Of a stretch of 64,000 nt of DNA, positions 29,375 through 39,563 are shown piece by piece; position 1 is the first letter of the stretch, and every line of letters starts with the position of its first letter. The notes beneath the pieces were generated by a model. The model did not search any database and was not told the origin of the DNA. It worked only from the letters and a program-made list of their open reading frames with translations. The DNA comes from Candidatus Bathyarchaeota archaeon (lineage in GTDB: Archaea; Thermoproteota; Bathyarchaeia; 40CM-2-53-6): positions 672,001 through 736,000 of the forward strand of contig CAVTBR010000001.1 in the NCBI GenBank assembly GCA_963733055.1, in the 5' to 3' direction. The position numbers and the translations under genes were made by a program.

Positions 29375-30313
29375 ATGAAAAAAGAAACATCACAAAAAGC
29401 ATACGACCTAGTCATTATCGGCGGAGGCCCCGCGGGGCTAACTGCGGCAGCATACGCGATCAGAAAGCGAATTGAGACAATGCTCGTTAGTGAGAACTTG
29501 GGAGGAAAAACGAACTACAAGTTCACATTACCAGGCGTTGAAACCCACCCAATTATCGATGGGAAGGAACTCGTCAGTAAATTCAAAAGCCAAATCGAGT
29601 ACCTCGACTTCGCCCGTCAGCTAGACAAAGTCACGAAGATCGAGCGAACCAGCGATGAGTTCATTGTATCGACTAAGGGCGGCAAGACATTCAACAGCAG
29701 GGCCGTAATCATAGCCACCGGTGTAATGCCCAAACGACTAAACGTCCCCGGCGAAAAAGAGTTCTTGGGACGCGGCGTCAGCTATTCTGCAGTAAGCCAC
29801 GCCCCATTGTTCATCGATATGGAAGTGGCAGTTGTAGGCGATGGAATCACCGCGCTTCAAGCCGCAGCCGAACTCGCGCAGATAGCCAAGGAAGTGAAAG
29901 TAATTGGGGCGCAAAGCAAACTTGCCGATTCCGAGCTAGGCAAGAGGCTCAAAGCATCCGGCAAAGTAGAGTTCTTCGTCGAGTATGAGGTAGAGGAGAT
30001 TCGAGGAAAAGACGCAGTCGAGGAGATACTAATCAGACATAAGACCAACAAGACTGAGAAAGAGCTCAAGGTAAGTGGCGTCTTTGTCGAGTTGGGATAC
30101 GCTCCTGAGAAGGATCTGTACTCGCGCATGGTGAAAACCACGGCAGAAGGAAGAATCCTGATAAGCGAAAACAACCAAACCAACATACCAGGACTATTCG
30201 CAGCTGGAGACATAACAGACGTAAATGCACAGCAAGTCGTCATAGCAATAGGGGAAGGAGCAAACGCAGCCCTGAGCGCATGCAACTACTTATTGAGCCT
30301 CAAACCTCGATAA
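29375..30313 (+). CDS. Thioredoxin reductase-like FAD-dependent oxidoreductase lacking CxxC
   Basis: IIGGGPAG, IIATG, GRGVSYSAVSHAP, TNIPGLFAAGD. Confidence 0.85.
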   Translation: MKKETSQKAYDLVIIGGGPAGLTAAAYAIRKRIETMLVSENLGGKTNYKFTLPGVETHPIIDGKELVSKFKSQIEYLDFARQLDKVTKIERTSDEFIVSTKGGKTFNSRAVIIATGVMPKRLNVPGEKEFLGRGVSYSAVSHAPLFIDMEVAVVGDGITALQAAAELAQIAKEVKVIGAQSKLADSELGKRLKASGKVEFFVEYEVEEIRGKDAVEEILIRHKTNKTEKELKVSGVFVELGYAPEKDLYSRMVKTTAEGRILISENNQTNIPGLFAAGDITDVNAQQVVIAIGEGANAALSACNYLLSLKPR

Positions 30314-30324
30314 ACAAAGACCCT

Positions 30325-30630
30325 TCACTCTTTACGCACGATATCCCTAAGCTGACCCTCACCTCCTCCAGGGGGGGTACCGCCCAACAGCCATAGTACC
30401 ACCAGCCTACCGTAAGGGTCATTCCAGTAACTGCTTAGCCAGACAAAACCTCGCCATCCATCCAGCATGTCGAACCCGCCTAGAGAGAATCTAGTGGCCC
30501 ATCGTAGCACTCGATGTTTACAATCAGCGTTCATCTTGCGTCCGAAAATCCTTACTAATCTACCGAGTAGAATTTGCGGAGACTCTCCCTCTCTGATCGT
30601 TTCTCCAAGCCCCCTTAATACCGAGGTCAA
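30325..30630 (-). CDS. Possible hypothetical protein or remnant
   Basis: Only sizeable ORF in a ~480-bp gap; no motif recognised. Confidence 0.25.
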   Translation of the reverse strand: MTSVLRGLGETIREGESPQILLGRLVRIFGRKMNADCKHRVLRWATRFSLGGFDMLDGWRGFVWLSSYWNDPYGRLVVLWLLGGTPPGGGEGQLRDIVRKE

Positions 30631-30797
30631 TGCTCCAATTATTGGTAGAACTAATGGTCAGAGGTGTTTACAATGAAGAAAAAGCAGAAAGTCAAAATGA
30701 TTAGAGCTCAAACGGAACCGATCCAACCGTCAACCCAAAGCGAGCAAGTAGCGTAAACCATCAATAACCGTCAGTCGAAGTCCCAAATGCCGCTGCC

Positions 30798-32195
30798 CTA
30801 CGGCCAGTCGCTATGGAAGTGCCCTGGCCTGTCTATTCGTTCGTATCCGTGTGCTCCGAACCGGTCTCGAAGTATCTGGATGAAGTTTGCGGGTGAACGT
30901 TCGGTCCGTAAACCATCATAATAGTCCAATGACGCTCCAATCGCCGGAACTGGCAAGCCTGCCTCCTTAGCAGTCCTGACCGAGTCCCGCCACCGATTCT
31001 CTAAACCGACGAGTAACTTTGCGAAGCCTTGATCCATCACTAGGTTCGGGAGATTGCCGTTGGTCTCGAAAGCATGCTGGATAGGATCAAGCATTCTAGC
31101 GCGGATTATGCAACCCCCTTTCCAAATTCGAGCTACATCCGCGAGCGGAACCATGTACTCATGCTCTTTGGATGCCGCACGCATCAGATGAAATCCCTGC
31201 GCATACGACATGCAGATCGAGGCGCGAACTGCGCCCTCTAACCTTTCCGTGAAATTCCCTGGAATCGAAACTTGATGTGGCTTTCTAAGCGGTTTGAATA
31301 TTTCGGCGACTTTCACACGGTCCTCTTTCAAACCCGAGAGGTTACGTGCGCTGACGGCTGCGTCGATTGTAGGTGTTGGAATTCCTAGGTCCATTGCGTT
31401 TTGCGAGGTCCACTTGCCAGTTCCCTTTTGTTGGGCCCGGTCCAGAATCAATGAAACTAATGGACGTTTTGTCGTTGGATCGATCTTCTCAAGAACTTCT
31501 ACTGCAATTTCCATTAAGAACGAGCTGAGTTCGCCCTCGTTCCATTCCTTGAAGACGTTTCTTGCTTGCTTAATGTTCAGGCCGGCGCCGCGTGCAAGCA
31601 GGTCATAGGCCTCTGTGATAATTTGGATTATGGCGTATTCGATTCCATTATGAACCATCTTAACGTAGTGACCGGCTCCTCTGGGGCCGAGATATTCGCA
31701 GCAAGGCCCATCAACTTGGGCCGCTACGCGTCCCAGCATTTCACGAACCAAATCGTACCCCTCACGCGACCCCCCGACCATAATACACGGTCCTTTCAGA
31801 GCCCCCTCTTCTCCACCGCTAACCCCAACGCCGAGGAACTGAATTCCCCGCCCCCCCATGTCAGCGCATCTTCGTTCAGTATCCTGGAAGAACGAATTGC
31901 CACCATCTATTACGACATCTCCACTCGACAGAAGCCCTGTCAAACTCGTGAGAGTTGCGTCTACTGCGGTTCCAGCCGTTACCATAAGGAAGATCCGACG
32001 GGGCTGTTTCAGCTGACTAACGAATTTCTCCAATGAATACTCCGACAAGAATCCAGGATACTTTCCAACGAAATCCCTTGTCCTCTCGCCCGTTCGATTA
32101 TAGACGGCGACGGTATACCCGTGATTTTGGATGTTTCGGGCTAGGTTTTGCCCCATGACTCCGAGTCCGATCAGGCCTATGTCTCCATCAACCAA
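30798..32195 (-). CDS. gndA: 6-phosphogluconate dehydrogenase, decarboxylating (long GndA type)
   Basis: GLGVMG, YNRT, DGGNS, GVSGGEEGA, KMVHNGIEY, QKGTG, WKGGCIIRA, RDRFGAHGY; start moved to TTG 32195 behind GGAGG. Confidence 0.93.
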   Translation of the reverse strand: MVDGDIGLIGLGVMGQNLARNIQNHGYTVAVYNRTGERTRDFVGKYPGFLSEYSLEKFVSQLKQPRRIFLMVTAGTAVDATLTSLTGLLSSGDVVIDGGNSFFQDTERRCADMGGRGIQFLGVGVSGGEEGALKGPCIMVGGSREGYDLVREMLGRVAAQVDGPCCEYLGPRGAGHYVKMVHNGIEYAIIQIITEAYDLLARGAGLNIKQARNVFKEWNEGELSSFLMEIAVEVLEKIDPTTKRPLVSLILDRAQQKGTGKWTSQNAMDLGIPTPTIDAAVSARNLSGLKEDRVKVAEIFKPLRKPHQVSIPGNFTERLEGAVRASICMSYAQGFHLMRAASKEHEYMVPLADVARIWKGGCIIRARMLDPIQHAFETNGNLPNLVMDQGFAKLLVGLENRWRDSVRTAKEAGLPVPAIGASLDYYDGLRTERSPANFIQILRDRFGAHGYERIDRPGHFHSDWP

Positions 32196-32244
32196 ACGCG
32201 ACTTTCCTCCAGCTACTCTCTCGTGGCCGGAGTTGGAAAAAGGT

Positions 32245-33357
32245 TCAGGTCGGCCGTCGTGAACGTCTTCGTCGTCTGGTTCGCGTCCGGGGCCGCCTCG
32301 CGGGTTTAGTTTTTCTCCGGCGGAAGACGAGGTACGCCAAGACAAATGCGGCTAGGATTCCTAGTGTAATTCCCCCCGGAACGGTGTAGTCAACCTGCCA
32401 AACCGCAGTTAGGCTGTGGGGTTTGTCCATCGAAATGGTTCCATTCGGTGAATTGGTGACGAGTTGAGTGTTCTCGTACCAACCTTGGAGTGCTGACCTC
32501 GCCCCTATCTCTCCCAGTGGGCCCGTGATTGGTTGATACGGGTTCGTGGAGAAGGTTGCGACGGTGTTGTTGTCATACCATCCCGCCCCTGTGGCGTTCT
32601 CTCCTGCTCCAACTAGAGTAAGTAGGTGCTGGGTTACGTAGGTCGCCTCGATGCTTGCGTTTCCTGTTACTACGATTGTGTCAACTGTTCCGAGAGTACC
32701 ATCCGACCAATGGTCAAACCTCAAGCGGGTCGTTGGGTCCACCTGCACGAGGGCTGGCACTGTGATGTTATGTTGACCTAACCCTACCCCTACCGTTGCT
32801 GGGCCAGGAACTTGTTGTACTCCATCCACGAAAGCAGCCACAGGTCCGGGCACGACTACGTTTAACGTGATGCCAGTCAGGTTGATACTGAATATGTCAC
32901 TGCTCGTTGAATGCGGAATGAGACTTCCCTGCGCGTCCTCGAGTACTGAAGTCATATTCAGTTGCCACAAACCTGGAACACTATTCCCTCCGAAGATACC
33001 CCCGATCTGAAATTCAATATGTTCAACTCCGGACGCCGCGGGAAGTTTGATCACACAAAGAGCGCCAAATTCCCCTTGATTGATGCAAGGGTCAGTAGCA
33101 GTGACAACGATTCCAGGAACGATTGCTTGAGAGGAGACCCCTACGCTGAGTATTCCGACCGCAAGCCGGTAACCGGGAGTTGTGTCATTGTAGTAAACCG
33201 TTGCTATCACAGGTATGGGATCCTGACCACCGGCGACAACGCCGGGCGGATGAACGATTTGATAAATCCTAGTTGACTGCGCAGCTTGAACGTGCGGGTA
33301 CATGCATATAATGGCAACCAGAAACAAACAAACAATAGAAGCATTTGACGACTTCAA
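32245..33357 (-). CDS. Membrane-anchored secreted protein with Arg-rich cytoplasmic tail
   Basis: Signal peptide; FDHWSDG and GAGWY beta-sandwich repeats; C-terminal TM plus RRRKTKPARRPRTRTRRRRRSRR. Confidence 0.8.
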   Translation of the reverse strand: MKSSNASIVCLFLVAIICMYPHVQAAQSTRIYQIVHPPGVVAGGQDPIPVIATVYYNDTTPGYRLAVGILSVGVSSQAIVPGIVVTATDPCINQGEFGALCVIKLPAASGVEHIEFQIGGIFGGNSVPGLWQLNMTSVLEDAQGSLIPHSTSSDIFSINLTGITLNVVVPGPVAAFVDGVQQVPGPATVGVGLGQHNITVPALVQVDPTTRLRFDHWSDGTLGTVDTIVVTGNASIEATYVTQHLLTLVGAGENATGAGWYDNNTVATFSTNPYQPITGPLGEIGARSALQGWYENTQLVTNSPNGTISMDKPHSLTAVWQVDYTVPGGITLGILAAFVLAYLVFRRRKTKPARRPRTRTRRRRRSRRPT

Positions 33358-33483
33358 TGTGAACTACCCAGTTGTGAAAGCTCCGCTACTGGATGTAGTA
33401 GAAATTCCTTCCGCTAAGAAGGCCCTGAATTCAAAGAACCCTAGTCGTTTTCAAGTAGCGAGCTATCCTAGTTCTCTTCCGTT

Positions 33484-36301
33484 TTAATGCTGCAGAAGCT
33501 TAGCAACCCTGTTTGAGGTGGCTAGGGCTGCTAGGAGGAGAGTTGAGAGGACGATTGTCGCTGAACTGATCATCAGTATGCTTGAGGACGCGAGCGCTTC
33601 ACCGACTGTGAGTGCGGTGATTCCACCCAACACGGTTAGCGCGAGATATTTCTCCATTGCAACCAAACGACGAAGCCGTCGCACTCTTGATCGGATCAAG
33701 CTGAGTGGTAACCCGAGGTAGAAGGCGCCGATTAGACTACTGGCAATCAAACCGGATAATAGAACTGCTAATTCGGGGAAGCTGGCTGTTGCGGAGTAAA
33801 GGTTCGAGGTTAGGTAGAGGACGCCTACAAGCGGGTAGAGCACTGCTTTCATTACTGTTCGTTCCGCTGAATGTGCGGATATGTAATTTGCCACGCCTGG
33901 GCTGAAGGAGTAGTACCAGGCATTGAACACGACCATGAAACTTGAACCTGCTTGAGTCTTCATGATTGACTTGTCGCGGAAGTTGCGGAGTAGCTGAACT
34001 TCCGGCGCGACTTGAGAGCCGTATGTCGCCGTGGCGATCAAACAGACCGGCGCACCCGCGGCCGAGGATGTGCTGCTGGTGCTAGTCGTAGTTGCTGGCG
34101 TCGTAATGAGAACGCCAACGTTGGTGCTGTGAGTAAGCGAACCGCTCGTTCCAGTAACCTGCACTGTAAACGAACCCGTTGATGAAGAAGCCGTCGCGCT
34201 GATCGTGAGAGTTGACGTCGCGGGCGTTGCAGTCGGAGTAACCGGGCCAGGGAGAGTTATTGAAACCCCAGTAGGCGCCGTGCCAACCCACGAATAGCTC
34301 AACGTGACGGCGGAATTGAATCCGTTGATCGCGCCGACACTAATCGTTGACATTCCACTGCCACCTTGAACGAGCGATACCGTACCAGGAATCGCAGTAA
34401 TTGAGAAGTCCGCCGTTACAGTGACGGTTAGCATGAGAACTTGCGAATGAGTAAGGCTGCCGCTTGTGCCGGTGAATGTTATCGAAGATGTTGAGGCTGG
34501 TGTTCCTGAATCAACACTGACCGTCGCAACTGAGGAAATGGTACCACCCGAGGGTGGCGTTACCGGATTTGGATTGAAGGAGACATGTACGCCAGCCGGT
34601 AATGATCCATAGCTAAGAGTAACGGGAGAATTGAAAGATCCGATCGAAGTTATCGTGACTGTATCCATTCCTGAACCTCCTGCACCCACGCTCAGGGTGG
34701 GGGAAGTTAGCGAGATGGAGAAATCAGCGCCGGAAGTGATTGTAAGTGAGAAAGAGGTTGTGTGGGTCCCAGATGCCCCGGTCCCACTAATCGTGATCGG
34801 AAAGGTTCCTGTGGGAGCGGCTGCCGCAACGTTCACCGTCAACGAAGCGGAGGCGGTTCCCCCTGAAGGGAGAGAGATTGGATTCGGGTTGAATGTCGAG
34901 AAAGTAACTCCACTGGGAACAGAACCCGTCACCGATAAAGTAACTGCACCCGCGAAACTCAATAACGAACTTCCAATGACAGTCACTCCCGCAGATCCTC
35001 CCTGTGCAATCGAAATCGTGGGCGTTGTGACGCTCAGGCTAAAGTCCGGCGTTGTGGGGGTTAGCTCCCCAACTTTGTTTGTTCCGCTTTCGAGGAACCA
35101 AATGTTCCCAGAGGCGTCGGCTGCAACATCATGAAGCTGGCTTCCGCTTCCCGTTGACCACTCCGTGAACTGCCCGTTCGGCAGCTCCGGCACTTGGCCC
35201 GCTCGTGGGCACGACGACATGGGTTGATGGAGCAACTGTTGCTGTTGTTGACGTAGCCGTTCCGGAATTGCTGACAGTGGGCGCGTTTGTTGGTACTGAA
35301 GGAACAACATTGCCTCCCGAGGACGGGTCTAGTTCAGCGACTTTTCCATTCCCCGCATTCTGTGAATCTTCAGCTATCCAAGGATGTTGAGTGAGAGGAT
35401 TGATGCTAACCACTCTTGGGTCGGAGCCTATCGTCGGAATCTGCCATTCCTTAATCGTGTTATCACCACGCAGAACGCCAACATAATTGTCAGCTCCACT
35501 TGCGTCGCTGACACCCTGAGTGTACCAAATTTGACCTAGAGCATCGACGGCTAGAAATCGGCCAATAGCCGACCCGTGAGTTGGTAACGGCCAGTAGGTG
35601 TACTGATCGGTCGCCCTGTCCCATTTGATCAGCGATGAACTCTGGGCAAACCAGATGGTTCCGGGACCAGCGTAGACGCCATTAGCGCCACTCCCCGATC
35701 CGGCAGGAAATGGGTCCTCAAATAAAGTCGCTGAGGAAGGTGTAGAAGGGTCGAAGACTAATTCACCCAGATTGTTTGCTAGAATTTCAGTGAACCAAAC
35801 TCTAACACTTGATCCGGCTGGCTCGACGGAAAGGTATTCTGGGCCGGATCCCGCCTTAACTGGGAATTCGTAGAACGTGTTCGTGCTGGGGAGGAAGACG
35901 AAGATCTTGTTTGTCGTGAACTCTGTTCCCCAAACCTCCACTTGACCATTGAATGTGACGGTAGTGATCCCGGTGGGGTTTGCTGCAGCCGTCGGCAATG
36001 CCCATTCTTGGAACGTACCGGTTGACGGGTCGATGTGCGCGAGGTTGTTCGCGAAGTATTCTAGGAACCAGCAACACTTGCCCGACGGATCCAGGGCCAT
36101 GCCGTAGGGGCCGCTTCCAGAAATTGGGTCAGTCCACTCGGTTAGCGTGTAGCTGGTAGCAGCGTAAACGGGTTTGAGCGGGACGATTCCCATCCCAATT
36201 ATAGAGATAGAAACTAGAAACAAAGACATGAGCAGGAATGCCTTAACCGCGATAGTGCGGTTTCGACCTGCATACGGCTGTCTACTACGAGATGAATTCA
36301 A
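33484..36301 (-). pseudogene. Large surface protein: Vgb-like beta-propeller + Ig-like repeats + CFI-box-CTERM; one frameshift near 35181 (likely assembly error)
   Basis: W(F/Y)xE/Q...EWxxPT repeats; three DFSxS...VTLS...GTSGSLTHS repeats; CLIATATYGS...VQLLRNFRD then TM helices. Confidence 0.8.
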
Positions 36302-36524
36302 GGCTAGAACATCTGAGGACTACATTCTGAAGGAAGTAGATTATATGCTTTCTATACCGAGGCACCATATCAACAATGTAGATTCAAGAACAGCTTCGGC
36401 GGTCAACGCGTCGACGAGTCTTCAATTCAGGAATGGCTGAGTCTTTAGTCTCGGTGAACATTAAGGCGCCTTAGAAATCGAAAGTAATTAGTAAACCACC
36501 GGCAACACTTTCTAGGAACAACTC

Positions 36525-37409
36525 TTGAATCTCCATCCATCTGAAGGCTATCTGAACGTTCTCGGGTACAAACTATTCTACAAAACCTTCGGCGAACCGG
36601 AGAGGGGTACGATTCTTTGCCTTCATGGTGGTCCCGGCGGAACGCATGATTACATGCTGCCGCTCGCGGATCTTGCACATTCCGGTTACCGAGTAGTCTT
36701 CTATGATCAGATAGGATGCGGGAAATCTGAACTGCCGAAGAACATCACTCTCTTCACGGTTGAACGGGCAGTCGAAGAGGTAGAAGGAATGCGCCAGGGA
36801 CTTGGCTTGGGGAAGGTCAACCTGGTTGGGTCAAGCTGGGGTGGTATGTTAGCCATCGCCTATGCTCTCAAGTATCAAAGGAACCTCAAGAGCATGGTTA
36901 CGATAGGCGGCCTAGCAAATGTCCCACTCGCAACAGCCGAAATGGAGAGAATGAAAGGTCAGCTACCAGCCGACATCATTGAAGTGCTAAACAAATATGA
37001 GCAAGAGGGAGACTTCGAGAATTCCGAGTATCAGAAGGCTGTTGAAGTATTTTACCGGCGACACCTTTGTAGGTTACCCCAATGGCCCGAAGAATTAGTC
37101 CATACGCTGGAACATGTGAGTCGGCCAGTCTATCACACAATGAATGGACCTAACGAATTCACAATCATAGGCAACATCCGGTACTGGGACGCTACAAATC
37201 AGCTCAACAAGATCCGTGTCCCAACCCTCGTGACTGGTGGAAGGTACGACGAAGTATCCCCGAAAGTAGCGCGAAGTATCCACAGAGGAATAAAACGATC
37301 CAAACTAGTCACCTTCCCCAATAGCTCCCACCTACCGTTCTGGGAAGAACGAGAGAAGTTCATGGGAGTAATTCGACGTTTCCTGGATAAGGTCAATGAA
37401 CCCGCCTAG
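36525..37409 (+). CDS. Proline iminopeptidase (tricorn-interacting factor F1 type)
   Basis: LHGGPG, YDQIGCGKS, GSSWGG, MNGPNEF, DE, SH. Confidence 0.92.
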   Translation: MNLHPSEGYLNVLGYKLFYKTFGEPERGTILCLHGGPGGTHDYMLPLADLAHSGYRVVFYDQIGCGKSELPKNITLFTVERAVEEVEGMRQGLGLGKVNLVGSSWGGMLAIAYALKYQRNLKSMVTIGGLANVPLATAEMERMKGQLPADIIEVLNKYEQEGDFENSEYQKAVEVFYRRHLCRLPQWPEELVHTLEHVSRPVYHTMNGPNEFTIIGNIRYWDATNQLNKIRVPTLVTGGRYDEVSPKVARSIHRGIKRSKLVTFPNSSHLPFWEEREKFMGVIRRFLDKVNEPA

Positions 37410-37417
37410 CTGAAGGT

Positions 37418-37876
37418 TTGGCACCACAATTGGCGCTTGAGAACTACAAGAAGAAGAGAAATCTCTCCCGAACCCCCGAACCTGGTCCAAAGGTCAAGAA
37501 GACTGAACAAAATCGCTTCGTGGTGCAGGAGCACCGAGCAACCCGATTGCATTGGGACTTCAGGTTAGAGTTGGACGGAGTGCTGAAGAGCTGGGCGGTC
37601 CCGAAGGGGCCGCCTGAGGAACGGGGACTGCGAAGATTGGCGGTCGAGGTTGAAGACCACCCTGTCGATTACATCACATTCGAAGGCACAATCCCAAAGG
37701 GGGGATACGGAGCGGGCACCGTGAAGATCTGGGATAAAGGGAGTTTCAAGCTGAAGATCCGGACGAAGGACATGTACGAATTCTGGCTCAAAGGCAAACG
37801 GTTGAACGGCAAATATGCCCTCGTGCGGTTCAAAGAAAAGAACTGGTTACTGTTTAAAACGAAAACTGACGATTAA
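37418..37876 (+). CDS. Stand-alone LigD 3'-phosphoesterase (PE) domain
   Basis: RTPEP, FVVQEHRATRLHWDFRLE, SWAVPKGP, EDHP, YGAGTVKIWDKG. Confidence 0.93.
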   Translation: MAPQLALENYKKKRNLSRTPEPGPKVKKTEQNRFVVQEHRATRLHWDFRLELDGVLKSWAVPKGPPEERGLRRLAVEVEDHPVDYITFEGTIPKGGYGAGTVKIWDKGSFKLKIRTKDMYEFWLKGKRLNGKYALVRFKEKNWLLFKTKTDD

Positions 37877-38580
37877 CGGATTAGCATTTTATTAAAATCG
37901 GCCGCCATGTTGGCAGCGTCACCGGTCTCGTCATGCATAAAGTAGACGAAACAGTTCTCTAGGTCGACCGCGAATTTCATCAGTTTCTCTGACCATTCCT
38001 TCAGCTTTCCTTTCGAGTAGCGTTCATGGCGTAGCCTTGCATAGGTGAAGTTGGCAGTCTTCTCGAATACGGGTTTCATATCTTCGGTATCAGCGATGCA
38101 TAGTGCAGCATTGTATTTGGACAGTAGGTTGTTCAATTTGTCACCGAACCATGAGTTGTGTCGAAACTCGATCGCGATGGAAGCCCAATCAGGTTTCTCT
38201 TCGAGAAAGGTTTCAAGCGTCTCATAATCCTGTTTCATGTACGGCGGTAACTGTACGAGAACACACCCAAGCTTCGCCTCAACGGGCTTCAACCCCTTCA
38301 GAAAGAACTCGAACTCAGCCTTAGCGCCTTTCAGTTTCTTGAAGTGGGTAATTTTGCGGCTCGCTTTGAAGCTGAACCTAAAATCTTGTGGCGTTGAATT
38401 GCCCCATTTTGAGGTCGTGGTTTGCGTTGGCATGTGGTAGAAACTGGAATTGACTTCTACGGAGTTCAACTTCTTGGAGTAGGCTTCCAACATTTCGTTC
38501 GATTTTGTGGTTTCAGGGTAGAAGACCCCCTTCCAGCTGGCATAGCTAAAGCCCGACACGCCGACCCAAAATCGCACCAT
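37873..38580 (-). CDS. DUF72 family protein
   Basis: GVSGFSYASWKGVFYP, VEVNSSFY, FSFKASRKITH, QLPP, IEFRH, YARL, VYFMHD; start ATG 38580. Confidence 0.92.
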   Translation of the reverse strand: MVRFWVGVSGFSYASWKGVFYPETTKSNEMLEAYSKKLNSVEVNSSFYHMPTQTTTSKWGNSTPQDFRFSFKASRKITHFKKLKGAKAEFEFFLKGLKPVEAKLGCVLVQLPPYMKQDYETLETFLEEKPDWASIAIEFRHNSWFGDKLNNLLSKYNAALCIADTEDMKPVFEKTANFTYARLRHERYSKGKLKEWSEKLMKFAVDLENCFVYFMHDETGDAANMAADFNKMLIR

Positions 38581-38606
38581 CGCACTCACCCTCAGTCTGA
38601 TTGGGG

Positions 38607-39563
38607 TTACAATACGCACTCTGACGGAGTCTTGTCGAAGCGAAACCTCTCGAACCTAGGCAACCGAAGTTTGCGGTCCCTTGTCATGTTCATATAACCA
38701 ACTTCAACCACTAACTGAGGTTTCACCCATTTGACCGGAGCTGGAGCTTTGACCTCGCCGGGCACAGTTTTAGTTTTCGTTTGAAGCGATTTCAATAGTT
38801 TCATTAATCTACGAATGAGAGCGTCCGTGAACCCGGTCCCCACGTTTCCTAAATGGATAAGCTTTCCATTTCTCTCGTACGCGGCCAATACTAGAGCTCC
38901 GAAGCTAGATGAGCGCAAACCCGCGCCCACTGTGTAACCTGCGACAATGCAATCCAGAGTCTTAACCTGTTTCAGCTTTAGCCAATCTTCGCTTCTCGTT
39001 CCGATCTGGTAGGCGGAATCGGCTTTCTTAGCCATAGCTCCTTCGAATCCGAGCTTTAACGCGTTTTTGAAGTAGGATTTTCCATGCGTGGACACATACT
39101 GACTGAGCAGCATGTGAGGCCCGTTTGAAACTATCTTGGCCAGTTTTTGTCTACGATCTATGAGAGAGCCATTTACGAGGTCTTGGCCGTTCAAATGCAG
39201 AAGATCGAATACTATGTACGTGGTAGGCGTTTTTCTCGAAAGCATTCTAATCTGAATAGGATTGTTCGCGCCGAAACGGTACTGAAGTAGTTCAAAACTT
39301 GGTAACCCTTTGTCGAGTATAACAATTTCCCCGTCGAGAACTACCCTATTTGATTTGACGTTGTTGGCGATTGTTTCGAGTTCGGGATATGATTTTGTGA
39401 CATTTCTCAAATTGCGGTTTTGCAGTTCCACTTTACCGTCTTTGAGGTAGGCGATGCACCTCATGCCATCCCATTTCGGCTCGAAAACGTGTTGCTCAGA
39501 ATCGAAAGGGTCTGATGTTTGCGCCAGCATTGGGCGAATGTTGCGTTCGTCCAGTAAGGTCAA
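38607..39563 (-). CDS. ligD: NHEJ ATP-dependent DNA ligase (LigD ligase domain)
   Basis: PMLA, EPKWDG (motif I), LDGEIV, FDLL, EGAMAK, WLKLK, GNVGTGF, LRLPRF. Confidence 0.92.
   Translation of the reverse strand: MTLLDERNIRPMLAQTSDPFDSEQHVFEPKWDGMRCIAYLKDGKVELQNRNLRNVTKSYPELETIANNVKSNRVVLDGEIVILDKGLPSFELLQYRFGANNPIQIRMLSRKTPTTYIVFDLLHLNGQDLVNGSLIDRRQKLAKIVSNGPHMLLSQYVSTHGKSYFKNALKLGFEGAMAKKADSAYQIGTRSEDWLKLKQVKTLDCIVAGYTVGAGLRSSSFGALVLAAYERNGKLIHLGNVGTGFTDALIRRLMKLLKSLQTKTKTVPGEVKAPAPVKWVKPQLVVEVGYMNMTRDRKLRLPRFERFRFDKTPSECVL

Noticed and set aside
32196-32345. 50-aa N-terminal extension of GndA
   Set aside because: Overlaps the upstream gene; SD plus TTG at 32195 matches the family start
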